Shown: positions 23,097-30,264 of the stretch, one piece after another
Layout of the letters: every line of letters starts with the position of its first letter
How positions within the stretch are numbered: the first letter of the stretch is position 1
Assembly: GCF_000195975.1 (NCBI RefSeq)
Contig: NC_005070.1
Span: forward strand, 1,500,001-1,532,000
DNA length: 32,000 nt
Origin: Parasynechococcus marenigrum WH 8102
Lineage (GTDB): Bacteria > Cyanobacteriota > Cyanobacteriia > PCC-6307 > Cyanobiaceae
Direction: 5' to 3'
Translations under genes and position numbers: made by a program
The notes under the pieces: generated by a model
The model's database searches: none
What the model saw: the letters and a program-made list of their open reading frames with translations, nothing else
What the model was told of the DNA's origin: nothing

Positions 23097-23267
23097 ATGA
23101 CCCATCCAACTGCTGGCGACAAAGCGATTTGTAAAGCGCAACTACTCCAATTGGCGCGTGAAATTGAAATAGAAACAAACATAAGACGAATGGAAATTGC
23201 TAGAGAGCGTTTCTCTTTAAAGACTGATTCAGTTGTCGTAGAGGCAGGTCATGGCCGGGGGGTTTAA
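23097..23267 (+). CDS. 56-aa hypothetical protein
   Basis: ATG-started part of ORF 23019..23267 (MTHPTAGDKAICKAQLLQLAREIEIE...). AT-rich. Its 3' end runs into the dispersed repeat. Confidence 0.25.
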   Translation: MTHPTAGDKAICKAQLLQLAREIEIETNIRRMEIARERFSLKTDSVVVEAGHGRGV

Positions 23268-23307
23268 GGGCATAAATCGCTGAGACCGACTGCGCTGCAA
23301 TGGATTT
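23255..23307 (-). repeat. dispersed ~53-nt repeat, copy 4
   Basis: Reverse complement: aaatccattgcagcgcagtcggtctcagcgatttatgcccttaaaccccccgg. Confidence 0.7.
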
Positions 23308-23323
23308 ACCCCGGGGCCCCTTG

Positions 23324-23377
23324 CCGGGCGGCTTTAGGGGTATAAATCGCCGAGATCAACTGCAGTGCAATGGATTT
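23324..23377 (-). repeat. dispersed ~53-nt repeat, copy 5 (tandem with copy 4, ~69-nt period)
   Basis: Reverse complement: aaatccattgcactgcagttgatctcggcgatttatacccctaaagccgcccgg. It begins 15 nt after the stop of 23392..23592. Confidence 0.7.
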
Positions 23378-23391
23378 ACCCCCGGCGCCCC

Positions 23392-23592
23392 TCATGGCAA
23401 CCCCGCAGCGATGAAGTGCTCCTCGACCAAGGACAGCTCTGTGTCGTTTAGGTCCTTAGCCATATCAGCGATGACACCAGCAACGATGGTTCTGGTGATG
23501 CGGAACCATTCCTCCCGGCTACAGCTCCGAGGCCATTCCTGAATACCTTCGAGGAGAGGGGTCTGAGCGACGTGATCAAGGATGTTGGTCAT
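23392..23592 (-). CDS. small conserved hypothetical protein, NILD..IADM family, copy 3 (third gene of an operon)
   Basis: MTNILDHVAQTPLLEGIQEWPRSCSREEWFRITRTIVAGVIADM.... 4-nt ATGA overlap with the upstream gene. Confidence 0.6.
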   Translation of the reverse strand: MTNILDHVAQTPLLEGIQEWPRSCSREEWFRITRTIVAGVIADMAKDLNDTELSLVEEHFIAAGLP

Positions 23593-23942
23593 GAGGCCAT
23601 CTCCCGAGCATCAAGCTCACGCTGCAAGCGATCGCGTAGATCAGCAGCAGCGTCACGGTCATCAAGAACACCGCCAACACGTTTCTCAAGCTCTGAGTTG
23701 AGAGTGCCGATCTTGCTGTCTAAATACAGCATGTGCGCTTCGACCTGCTTCTCGTAGCGATGCAGGTGAGACGGCAACCATGTGTGCCAGGTCCAGTCGA
23801 TAAACGACTGCGGCATACCGGAGAAGGTTGGGTCGACTTCTAGAGCTGCATCACGCTCAGCGAGCAGACGATCCATGACACGTCTGGTGTCAGCTGGGCT
23901 GATGTGCAACCAACCAAGACAAGGGTGAGGGCGAGAAAGCAT
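23589..23942 (-). CDS. hypothetical protein (117 aa), middle gene of the operon
   Basis: Start and stop are overlap-coupled to both neighbours. GC-rich coding-like composition. Trp/His-rich centre (FIDWTWHTWLPSHLHRY) and an acidic/Arg coiled tail. Confidence 0.55.
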   Translation of the reverse strand: MLSRPHPCLGWLHISPADTRRVMDRLLAERDAALEVDPTFSGMPQSFIDWTWHTWLPSHLHRYEKQVEAHMLYLDSKIGTLNSELEKRVGGVLDDRDAAADLRDRLQRELDAREMAS

Positions 23943-24352
23943 CAGAAGTACCTCCCGGTCATTGGGTTGATGCCACTGATGAGCTGCTGCTCGCGGACCT
24001 TGGCAGCTCTCTCGTTACTTTCGCGGAGGCGCTCTGTGCGCATCTGCAGGGCCTGCGCTGCCATGGCTCTGGCTTCCTTCTCCTCGTCGATACGGTGCCG
24101 AATACCAGGGTCGATACCGCAGAAGTGAGCTAACTCTGCACAATCTTGTGCAATAAGCGATGTAAGTGTCAGGTTTGACCTGATTTTTGCCATGTCGACC
24201 GGTTGACCGTAACGACGTGCTGGGAGGAGATTCTTGGTGCCATCGATCTTGGCGATTCTGGCTTCAAGCTGACGAGCTTGAGTTTCGACTTGTGATGCAG
24301 ATTGGTACGACGCCTTGATCTGGTCATCGATAGAAAAGTATTCAGCTGACAT
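23942..24352 (-). CDS. hypothetical coiled-coil-like protein (136 aa), first gene of the operon
   Basis: Its TGA shares one nt with the ATG of the next gene (TGATG). No motif recognised. Confidence 0.55.
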   Translation of the reverse strand: MSAEYFSIDDQIKASYQSASQVETQARQLEARIAKIDGTKNLLPARRYGQPVDMAKIRSNLTLTSLIAQDCAELAHFCGIDPGIRHRIDEEKEARAMAAQALQMRTERLRESNERAAKVREQQLISGINPMTGRYF

Positions 24353-24613
24353 GGGTTGCTAGGCGGCGGCTTTGGGGATTTGCTAGTGGGTCGTAGGAAG
24401 GCACATGTGGTGCGTCGTCATCAATTTCAAAGACTGCACGCTGACGTTCAATACTGGCTTCAAGACGAAGACGATTGATGATCAGGTCAGCCTGAATAGG
24501 GAGCTGACGTTAGGCACTGAATAGCGGTATTTATCGGTGTACATAGCTTAGCTCTTTTGAGTAAACTGAAAACAGCCAGTTTTACGGTGGACTGGCTGCT
24601 CAGTGCCGCTAAT

Positions 24614-24645
24614 AGGGACCGCTTCGGTGGTCCTTATTTGATATT
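24614..24645 (+). terminator. hairpin with UUCG tetraloop followed by a U-rich tail (terminator-like; possible 3' end of a small RNA)
   Basis: aGGGACCGC-TTCG-GTGGTCCtt followed by ATTTGATATTT. A second perfect 8-bp hairpin lies at 24573-24598. Confidence 0.35.
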
Positions 24646-24708
24646 TAGCGCCATCATGAAATAACGAATAAAAGGGCGACTCCCCAGTACTGGACAATGT
24701 GCTCCAGT

Positions 24709-24762
24709 TTTTTGGCGCAACTCGACCACTTACGGCCATTTGGCGCACACTTTGGCGCACAA
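24709..24762 (+). promoter_or_regulatory. three copies of the TTTGGCGCACA motif (1 + tandem pair) at the tRNA-proximal end of the element
   Basis: tttggcgcaac at 24711. tttggcgcacac tttggcgcacaa at 24739-24762. Same strand and layout as 15582-15648. Confidence 0.5.
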
Positions 24763-24788
24763 GAAATGACATTTAGCCGTTTTGCACT

Positions 24789-24813
24789 AAAAAAGCGGCC
24801 ACCGTAGACCGCT
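24789..24813 (-). terminator. intrinsic terminator of tRNA-Ala
   Basis: On the minus strand: GCGGTC - 6-nt loop - GGCCGC followed by T6, 34 nt past the tRNA 3' end. Confidence 0.55.
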
Positions 24814-24847
24814 CAAATGCCAGTGCCTGACTGGGTTCTCTTAGAAA

Positions 24848-24920
24848 TGGAGCCAAGGAGACTCGAACTCCTGACCCCCTGCATGCCATGCAGGTGCTCT
24901 ACCAGCTGAGCTATGGCCCC
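24848..24920 (-). tRNA. tRNA-Ala(GGC): tRNA-Ala (anticodon GGC)
   Basis: Manual cloverleaf: acceptor GGGGCCA/TGGCTCC with the G3:U70 Ala identity pair, D arm GCTC/GAGC, anticodon stem CCTGC/GCAGG with loop ATGGCAT, T arm AGGAG-TTCGAGT-CTCCT. 73 nt; CCA not encoded. Confidence 0.9.
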
Positions 24921-24985
24921 ATGAACGCCGGTGATGCCCTCGGGCTCGTGCCGTCGTCGTATCCAAGCTTACACCGAGGCGGCGA

Positions 24986-25609
24986 TCACACCTGACGCCA
25001 CACCGCCACCAACCGGCCCTGCACCTCCACCTGCTCCGCCGGCAGCTCGATCGGGTCGTAGGCAGGGTTGGCTGCTTCGAGCACAACCGCCGCCCCTTTG
25101 CGGTGGAAATGCTTCAGGGTTGTGCCGCTTCCCGCCACCAGGGCACTCACAACGGTGCCGTTGCGCAGGCGCTGCGGATCAGGCACAGGCTCCATCAACA
25201 CCACGTCGCCATCAGCGATGTGAGCATCCACCATCGAATCACCGTTCACCGTGAGGGCAAACAGTCCGCGGGTCTCCAGAACCGGTGCCAGATCAAGGTG
25301 CTCCTGAACGTCATCAAAGGCCGTCACCAGGCCACCTGCAGCCACGGCACCCAGCACGGGAATGCCGGCAGCCGCAGCCATGTCACCCAGCAATTGCAGG
25401 GTGCGGGCCTGTCCTTCCTGCCAGGTGATCCACCCTTTCTGTTGGAGATGCCGCAAGCGGCTCTGGATCGGCGCTGGAGAACGCAGCCCCATCGCCTGCA
25501 TCATCTGACGGATCGACGGGCTGTGCCGATGTGTGCCAATGTACTCCGCCAGCCAGTCGTACAGCTCCTGTTGGGCGGAGGTCAATGGCTCTGGGGATGA
25601 GATGGTCAC
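24986..25609 (-). CDS. lexA: LexA repressor (S24 peptidase)
   Basis: Winged-HTH N-terminus (LTSAQQELYDWLAEYI...SIRQMMQAMGLRS), Ala-Gly cleavage site (VAAGG), catalytic GDSM and a downstream Lys (TLKHF). The start is set at GTG 25609, giving 207 aa; the 256-aa ORF in the track would overrun the putative operator. Confidence 0.85.
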   Translation of the reverse strand: MTISSPEPLTSAQQELYDWLAEYIGTHRHSPSIRQMMQAMGLRSPAPIQSRLRHLQQKGWITWQEGQARTLQLLGDMAAAAGIPVLGAVAAGGLVTAFDDVQEHLDLAPVLETRGLFALTVNGDSMVDAHIADGDVVLMEPVPDPQRLRNGTVVSALVAGSGTTLKHFHRKGAAVVLEAANPAYDPIELPAEQVEVQGRLVAVWRQV

Positions 25610-25627
25610 AAAACAAGGCGCCGAACA

Positions 25628-25639
25628 ATACATTTGTAC
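25628..25639. promoter_or_regulatory. candidate LexA box (imperfect palindrome ATACA-TT-TGTAC)
   Basis: It lies ~20 nt upstream of the lexA GTG and between the divergent genes. It matches the GTAC-centred palindromes reported for cyanobacterial LexA boxes with one mismatch. Confidence 0.4.
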
Positions 25640-25688
25640 CGACGGCGTCCGCGCTGCGCAAGATCCCAGCCTTGATTGCGGCCAAGAC

Positions 25689-25961
25689 ATGTGGCATGAC
25701 CAGCCGAAACACAGCGACAAGCCGGAGAAGGCCGGTGGCCAAGGCTGGCTGATCAACCCATCACAGCAGAAGCTGGTGCAGTTTCAGCCCGGTTCAGCCA
25801 CAGCCCACGCTCAGTGGGTGGCCATTCACACATTCCGCCTCAAGCCCGGTGAAGCACCAACGCTGATCACAGGGCGCCGGATGCTGCGTCAAAACGCCAT
25901 TGAGGCCTGGCAGACCATGCTCAAAACCGGATGGACTCGATGTCATTCACCAAGGAGATGA
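25689..25961 (+). CDS. DUF1651-like small protein (picocyanobacterial family; tentative)
   Basis: ATG at 25689. ...GGQGWLINPSQQKLVQF....RRMLRQNAIEAWQTMLKTGW fits my recollection of DUF1651 (GWL...W..L...GW). Divergent from lexA. Confidence 0.5.
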   Translation: MWHDQPKHSDKPEKAGGQGWLINPSQQKLVQFQPGSATAHAQWVAIHTFRLKPGEAPTLITGRRMLRQNAIEAWQTMLKTGWTRCHSPRR

Positions 25962-26300
25962 TCAACCGTTTTGCTGTTCACGCAAGGCGGCAATCTTGTC
26001 GACGCTGGAGCCGATGTTGTCGACCACAAAGCCATCCATGCCGTTGTCTCTGAGTCTGTACAGATAACCGTTCACCCAAGCTGTTTCACGGTTGTTCGTT
26101 TCATGGCCGCGGTCCACAAATCCTGGTGTTTGTTGGAACACATACAGGAGGATCTCCAAAACATCGTTTGGATTCAGTTGTTCTGGATCAATGAATGGAA
26201 ATATTTCCCTCACATCCATAAAAGAAATGGTGAGCGATGTCTCCAACTCGTCTGACACGTCAAATACGTTGAATGCTCTGCAGCTTAGGAGTGAATCCAA
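25962..26300 (-). CDS. hypothetical protein (112 aa)
   Basis: Uninterrupted ORF, convergent with and abutting 25689..25961. Acidic. No motif recognised. Confidence 0.4.
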   Translation of the reverse strand: MDSLLSCRAFNVFDVSDELETSLTISFMDVREIFPFIDPEQLNPNDVLEILLYVFQQTPGFVDRGHETNNRETAWVNGYLYRLRDNGMDGFVVDNIGSSVDKIAALREQQNG

Positions 26301-26380
26301 ACCGAGATCGATGGGGCATCACTCAGGCCAGCGGGTGCCATGGACAGGCCGCTAGAACAACTCAAGCTTTTTGACCCAGG

Positions 26381-26620
26381 TTGAAAGACATTCAACCCCA
26401 GGATCTGGACCGGATCATCGAAATGGCCTGGGAGGACAGAACCACCTTCGAAGCCATCCACTACCAGTTCGGCGTGTCAGAACAGGAGGTGATCGCATTG
26501 ATGCGAACCCACATGAAGCACTCCTCCTTCAAGATGTGGCGCAAAAGGGTGTCCGGGCGCAAAACAAAACATGGAGCCACTTCCGAATCCAACCGATTCA
26601 AAGCCAAGTGCCACCGCTGA
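26381..26620 (+). CDS. DUF2805 / TIGR03643 family protein
   Basis: DRIIEMAWEDRTTFEAIHYQFGVSEQEVIALMRTHMKHSSFKMWRKRVSGRKTKH is the hallmark sequence of this family. TTG start. Confidence 0.7.
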   Translation: MKDIQPQDLDRIIEMAWEDRTTFEAIHYQFGVSEQEVIALMRTHMKHSSFKMWRKRVSGRKTKHGATSESNRFKAKCHR

Positions 26621-26631
26621 ACAAAGCGCCT

Positions 26632-27588
26632 TTACAAACCACCCATCAATGCCGCCAGCAGTGCCTGCTGAGCGTGTAGCCGATTTTCAGCCTGATCAAA
26701 GATGCGGCTGGCGGAGCTTTCCATCACTCCTGGGCTGATCTCCTCACCGCGATGGGCCGGCAAGCAATGCAGAACGATCGCCTCCGTATCAGCTGCCTCC
26801 ATTAACGCTTCGTCGACGCAGAAACCGGCAAAAGCCTGTTCCCGTTCCGATTGCTCGTCCTCCTGACCCATGGAGGCCCACACATCGGTGTACACCGCCT
26901 GGGCACCACGGACCGCTTCACGCGGATCGTGGATGACCTCGATCGAAGCTCCCTGAACAGCCAGAGAACGGGCCTGCTCGAGCACCCCGGGCAGGGGTTC
27001 GAAACCCTGCGGACAGCCGATGCGCACATTCACCCCCAACAACGCACCGCAGAGCATCAGGGAATGGGCCACGTTGTTGCCATCACCGATGTACGCCAAC
27101 GTCTGTCCGGGCAGATCACCATGGGCCTCGCGCATCGTGAGGAAGTCGGCCAGGGACTGGCAGGGGTGTTCGAGATCGGTGAGGGCATTGATCACCGGCA
27201 CAGTGGCCCAGTGGGCGTAATCCACCAACTCCTGCTGGGCGAAGGTGCGCACGGCCAGCACATCGCAATAGCGACTGAGCACCCGCGCGGTGTCTTCCAG
27301 AGGCTCACCACGACCCAACTGCGTCACTTTGGGATTGAGATCCACCGTTTGCCCACCAAGGCGGGCCATCGCCACCTGGAAGCTGACGCGGGTGCGGGTG
27401 GAGGCCTTGGTAAATATCAACCCCAGGACCCGGTTGCCGAGGTCGATGCGACGGTCGCCGCTCTTCAGTTGAGCGGCCAGATCGAGCACAGCTGAGGTTT
27501 CCTCCGCCGAACAATCAGCGGAGGAAAGGTAGTCACGGCCGCTGAGGGGGGAAAGAGCAGCAGCAACGCCTGCAGCAGCGGTAGCCAT
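26632..27588 (-). CDS. argF: ornithine carbamoyltransferase
   Basis: The STRTR carbamoyl-phosphate motif (FTKASTRTRVSF), HPCQSLAD, DVWASMG and HCLPAHRGEE are all present. 318 aa. Confidence 0.9.
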   Translation of the reverse strand: MATAAAGVAAALSPLSGRDYLSSADCSAEETSAVLDLAAQLKSGDRRIDLGNRVLGLIFTKASTRTRVSFQVAMARLGGQTVDLNPKVTQLGRGEPLEDTARVLSRYCDVLAVRTFAQQELVDYAHWATVPVINALTDLEHPCQSLADFLTMREAHGDLPGQTLAYIGDGNNVAHSLMLCGALLGVNVRIGCPQGFEPLPGVLEQARSLAVQGASIEVIHDPREAVRGAQAVYTDVWASMGQEDEQSEREQAFAGFCVDEALMEAADTEAIVLHCLPAHRGEEISPGVMESSASRIFDQAENRLHAQQALLAALMGGL

Positions 27589-27633
27589 CGTGACGATTCA
27601 AAGGACAGTTATCGGGGAAGGAAGCGGTCAGAG

Positions 27634-29532
27634 TCAAGCACTGACGGTCTCGGGCAGCACGCTGGCCTCAAGCATCTGCTTGAGGTCATCCCCCTCGATC
27701 ACCTCTTTTTCGAGGATCTTCTGGGCAATGGTCTCCAGCAAGGCCATGTTCTGACGCAGGATTGCCAGGGCGTCGTCGTGTGCTCTGTCCACCAGGCCAC
27801 GCACTTCCTTGTCGATCGCCTGAGCGGTGGCATCACTCACCGAACGGCGGGGGTTGTTGTTGCCGCCGAGGAAGCGTCCGCCCCCCTGTTTGTCGTAAGC
27901 CAGAGGTCCCAGGGTGTCGCTCATGCCATAGGTGCCAACCATTTGTTCAGCAAGGTCGGTGGCCCGCTGCAGATCATTGGCGGCACCCGTGGTGATCTTG
28001 CCGAACACGATCTCCTCAGCCGAGCGGCCCCCTAGCAGCGTGGCGATCTGCCCTTGCAGTTCCTCCTTGGAATTGAGGAACCGTTCTTCAGTAGGCAATT
28101 GAAGGGTGTAGCCGAGGGCGCTCATGCCCCGGGGCACGATCGAGATCTTGGCCACCTTGCTTCCGCCTGGCATCAAGTGACCGACGATCGCGTGACCTAC
28201 TTCGTGGTACGCCACCACTTTCTTCTCGTCGTCCTGCAGCACGCGGCTCTTCTTCTCAAGGCCCGCCACCACCCGCTCGATGGCTTCTCCCAGATCCTGT
28301 TGCTCAACCTTGGTTCTGTAAGCACGGGCAGCGAGCAGGGCCGCTTCGTTCACCAGGTTGGCCAGATCGGCGCCGGCAAAGCCGCTGGTGGCCTGCGCCA
28401 CGCTGTCCAGATCCACAGCATCAGCAAGTTTCACCTTCTTGGCGTAAATCTCGAGGATGGTCTTACGGCCGGACAGATCCGGGCGATCCACCAACACCTG
28501 GCGGTCAAAGCGGCCCGGGCGCAGCAGGGCAGCATCCAGCACTTCAGGCTGGTTGGTGGCTGCCAACACGATCACCGGTTTGTCCTGAGCGGTGAAGCCA
28601 TCCATCTCGGTGAGGAGCTGGTTCAGGGTCTGTTCCCGCTCGTCGTTGCCGCCGACCACGCCCATAGAGCCGGAACGGCTCTTGCCGATGGCGTCGAGCT
28701 CGTCGATGAAAATGATGCAAGGGGCTTTCTTTTTGGCTTCTTCGAACAGATCCCGAACACGGGCGGCACCGGCACCAACGAACAATTCAACGAATTCCGA
28801 GCCTGAGATAATGAAAAAGGGCACACCCGCTTCTCCCGCAACGGCCTTCGACAGCAAGGTCTTGCCGGTGCCAGGAGGGCCCACAAGCAACACACCCTTG
28901 GGAATCCGCGCTCCGATTTCGGCATAGCGCTCAGGGGTCTTGAGGAAATCAACGATTTCGGTGAGTTCCTGCTTGGCCTCATCGACGCCCGCCACATCAG
29001 CGAAGGTGACGCGGGATTCCTCGTCCGGCACATAAACCTTGGCCTTGCTCTTGGTGAAGCTCAACGCCCCTTGGGCGCCGCCGCCCATCGAACGGCGGGC
29101 GAAGAACTGCAGCACCAGGATGAAGATCAGCGGCGGCACCACCCAGCTGAGGATGGTGGTAAAGATGTTGGGCTTCTTCGGCGGGGCAGCGGCGAACTCA
29201 ACACCCTTGGTTTCCAACCGCTGGGGCAGATCCATGTCGAAGATCGGCGTGGTCGCCAGCACCGGCGGCGTGCCCTCATCCGGGTCGCTGAGCTCGTAGC
29301 GGATCTGTTCCTGGGTGATGTAGGCGCGCTTCACGGCGCCATCATTCACCTGATCGAGGAACAGCGAATAAGGCACCTTGGGCACCTGTTGCATCGCGTT
29401 ATTCGGCACGAAGCTGCTCAACAGGAGCAGCACCCCGAAGCCGATCAACACTAGGTTGATGATTCCGAAGCGACGGTTCGGTCGGTTGTCGTCCTGTCGG
29501 ATCGGCATGGCATCTGCCCGAGATCGGATCAC
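27634..29532 (-). CDS. ftsH: ATP-dependent zinc metalloprotease FtsH
   Basis: N-terminal TM span, Walker A GPPGTGKT, Walker [12 protein letters not shown] region, and Zn motif HEVGHAIV. The alternative start is M9. Confidence 0.95.
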   Translation of the reverse strand: MIRSRADAMPIRQDDNRPNRRFGIINLVLIGFGVLLLLSSFVPNNAMQQVPKVPYSLFLDQVNDGAVKRAYITQEQIRYELSDPDEGTPPVLATTPIFDMDLPQRLETKGVEFAAAPPKKPNIFTTILSWVVPPLIFILVLQFFARRSMGGGAQGALSFTKSKAKVYVPDEESRVTFADVAGVDEAKQELTEIVDFLKTPERYAEIGARIPKGVLLVGPPGTGKTLLSKAVAGEAGVPFFIISGSEFVELFVGAGAARVRDLFEEAKKKAPCIIFIDELDAIGKSRSGSMGVVGGNDEREQTLNQLLTEMDGFTAQDKPVIVLAATNQPEVLDAALLRPGRFDRQVLVDRPDLSGRKTILEIYAKKVKLADAVDLDSVAQATSGFAGADLANLVNEAALLAARAYRTKVEQQDLGEAIERVVAGLEKKSRVLQDDEKKVVAYHEVGHAIVGHLMPGGSKVAKISIVPRGMSALGYTLQLPTEERFLNSKEELQGQIATLLGGRSAEEIVFGKITTGAANDLQRATDLAEQMVGTYGMSDTLGPLAYDKQGGGRFLGGNNNPRRSVSDATAQAIDKEVRGLVDRAHDDALAILRQNMALLETIAQKILEKEVIEGDDLKQMLEASVLPETVSA

Positions 29533-29594
29533 GCTACGAGGGATGAACCGTTGCTTACGGGTGGGAGAACCGAACGCCTTCTAACGTCACGTCC

Positions 29595-30221
29595 ATGTGC
29601 GGCCGTTACAGCCTCGATACGCCATTGCAGGCGCTTCAGGCGCTGCTTCAGCCCTGGTTACGGGACGCCGATGCCGGCTGGTTGCAGCACTACGCACCAC
29701 GACGGCTGATCCGCCCGGGGGAACCGGTGCTGGCCCTCAGGCGCGAACACGGTCAAAGCGTGGCCAGCCACATGCTCTGGGGCCTATTACCGCGATGGGT
29801 CAAGGATCCACTGGCGGGACCGCGGCCGATCAATGCCCGCGCTGAGACCTTGGAGGACAAAGCCTCCTTCCGCGGGCCCTGGCGTCATCACCGTTGCCTG
29901 CTGCCGGCGGATGGGTTTCTGGAGCAGGGGGAGCAGATTCAGCGGCTGGACCAACAACTGTTCTGGCTGGCCGGGCTCTGGGATCGCTGGATCGGCCCTG
30001 ACGGCAGCGAGGTGGAGACCTGCTGTGTGATCACCACACGACCCAATCACCTGCTGGAGACTTTGCACGACCGCATGCCCGTTGTCATTCCCAGGGGCCT
30101 TGAGGAGATCTGGCTGGATCCGGGGGATGGGGCCCATCGCCGGGCCCTCGAGCCGATGCTGGACCCATGGCCGAGCGACGGCTGGAGCCGCCGCGGCACA
30201 TCTCAGCTCAGCTTGTTCTGA
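29595..30221 (+). CDS. SOS response-associated peptidase (SRAP/YedK-HMCES family)
   Basis: N-terminal MCGRYSL with the catalytic Cys2, NARAETL and HDRMPVV motifs. 208 aa. Confidence 0.8.
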   Translation: MCGRYSLDTPLQALQALLQPWLRDADAGWLQHYAPRRLIRPGEPVLALRREHGQSVASHMLWGLLPRWVKDPLAGPRPINARAETLEDKASFRGPWRHHRCLLPADGFLEQGEQIQRLDQQLFWLAGLWDRWIGPDGSEVETCCVITTRPNHLLETLHDRMPVVIPRGLEEIWLDPGDGAHRRALEPMLDPWPSDGWSRRGTSQLSLF

Positions 30222-30264
30222 GGCCTCGGCCGGCGCACCATGCCGGCAGAGAGGGATCAGGGCC

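Larger units (their letters stand above)
15454..24893. mobile_element. tRNA-Ala-integrated element (~9.4 kb) with integrase, Xis-like gene, primase-helicase and cargo; tycheposon / P4-satellite-like
   Basis: Bounded by perfect 46-nt direct repeats of the tRNA 3' part. Gene content is listed in the individual features. 12-mer triplets lie just inside both ends. Confidence 0.75.

Noticed and set aside
24353-24530. Open frame on the minus strand upstream of the operon (…IQADLIINRLRLEASIERQRAVFEIDDDAPHVPSYDPLANPQSRRLATHVS*), whose stop overlaps the operon ATG
   Set aside because: There is no ATG, GTG or TTG start in frame after the upstream stop. It may be a remnant or a leader, and it cannot be supported as a CDS.
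25533-25756. The long N-terminal extension of lexA (256-aa ORF) and the 5' part of ORF 25533..25961
   Set aside because: The two overlap each other antisense. LexA homologues are about 200 aa, and the palindromic box sits inside the extension. I chose shorter starts for both genes (GTG 25609 and ATG 25689).
26851-29454. Numerous ORFs antisense to argF and ftsH (for example 26851..27495, 28054..28806 and 29071..29454)
   Set aside because: They are the usual long antisense frames of GC-rich genes. The sense strands encode unmistakable OTCase and FtsH.
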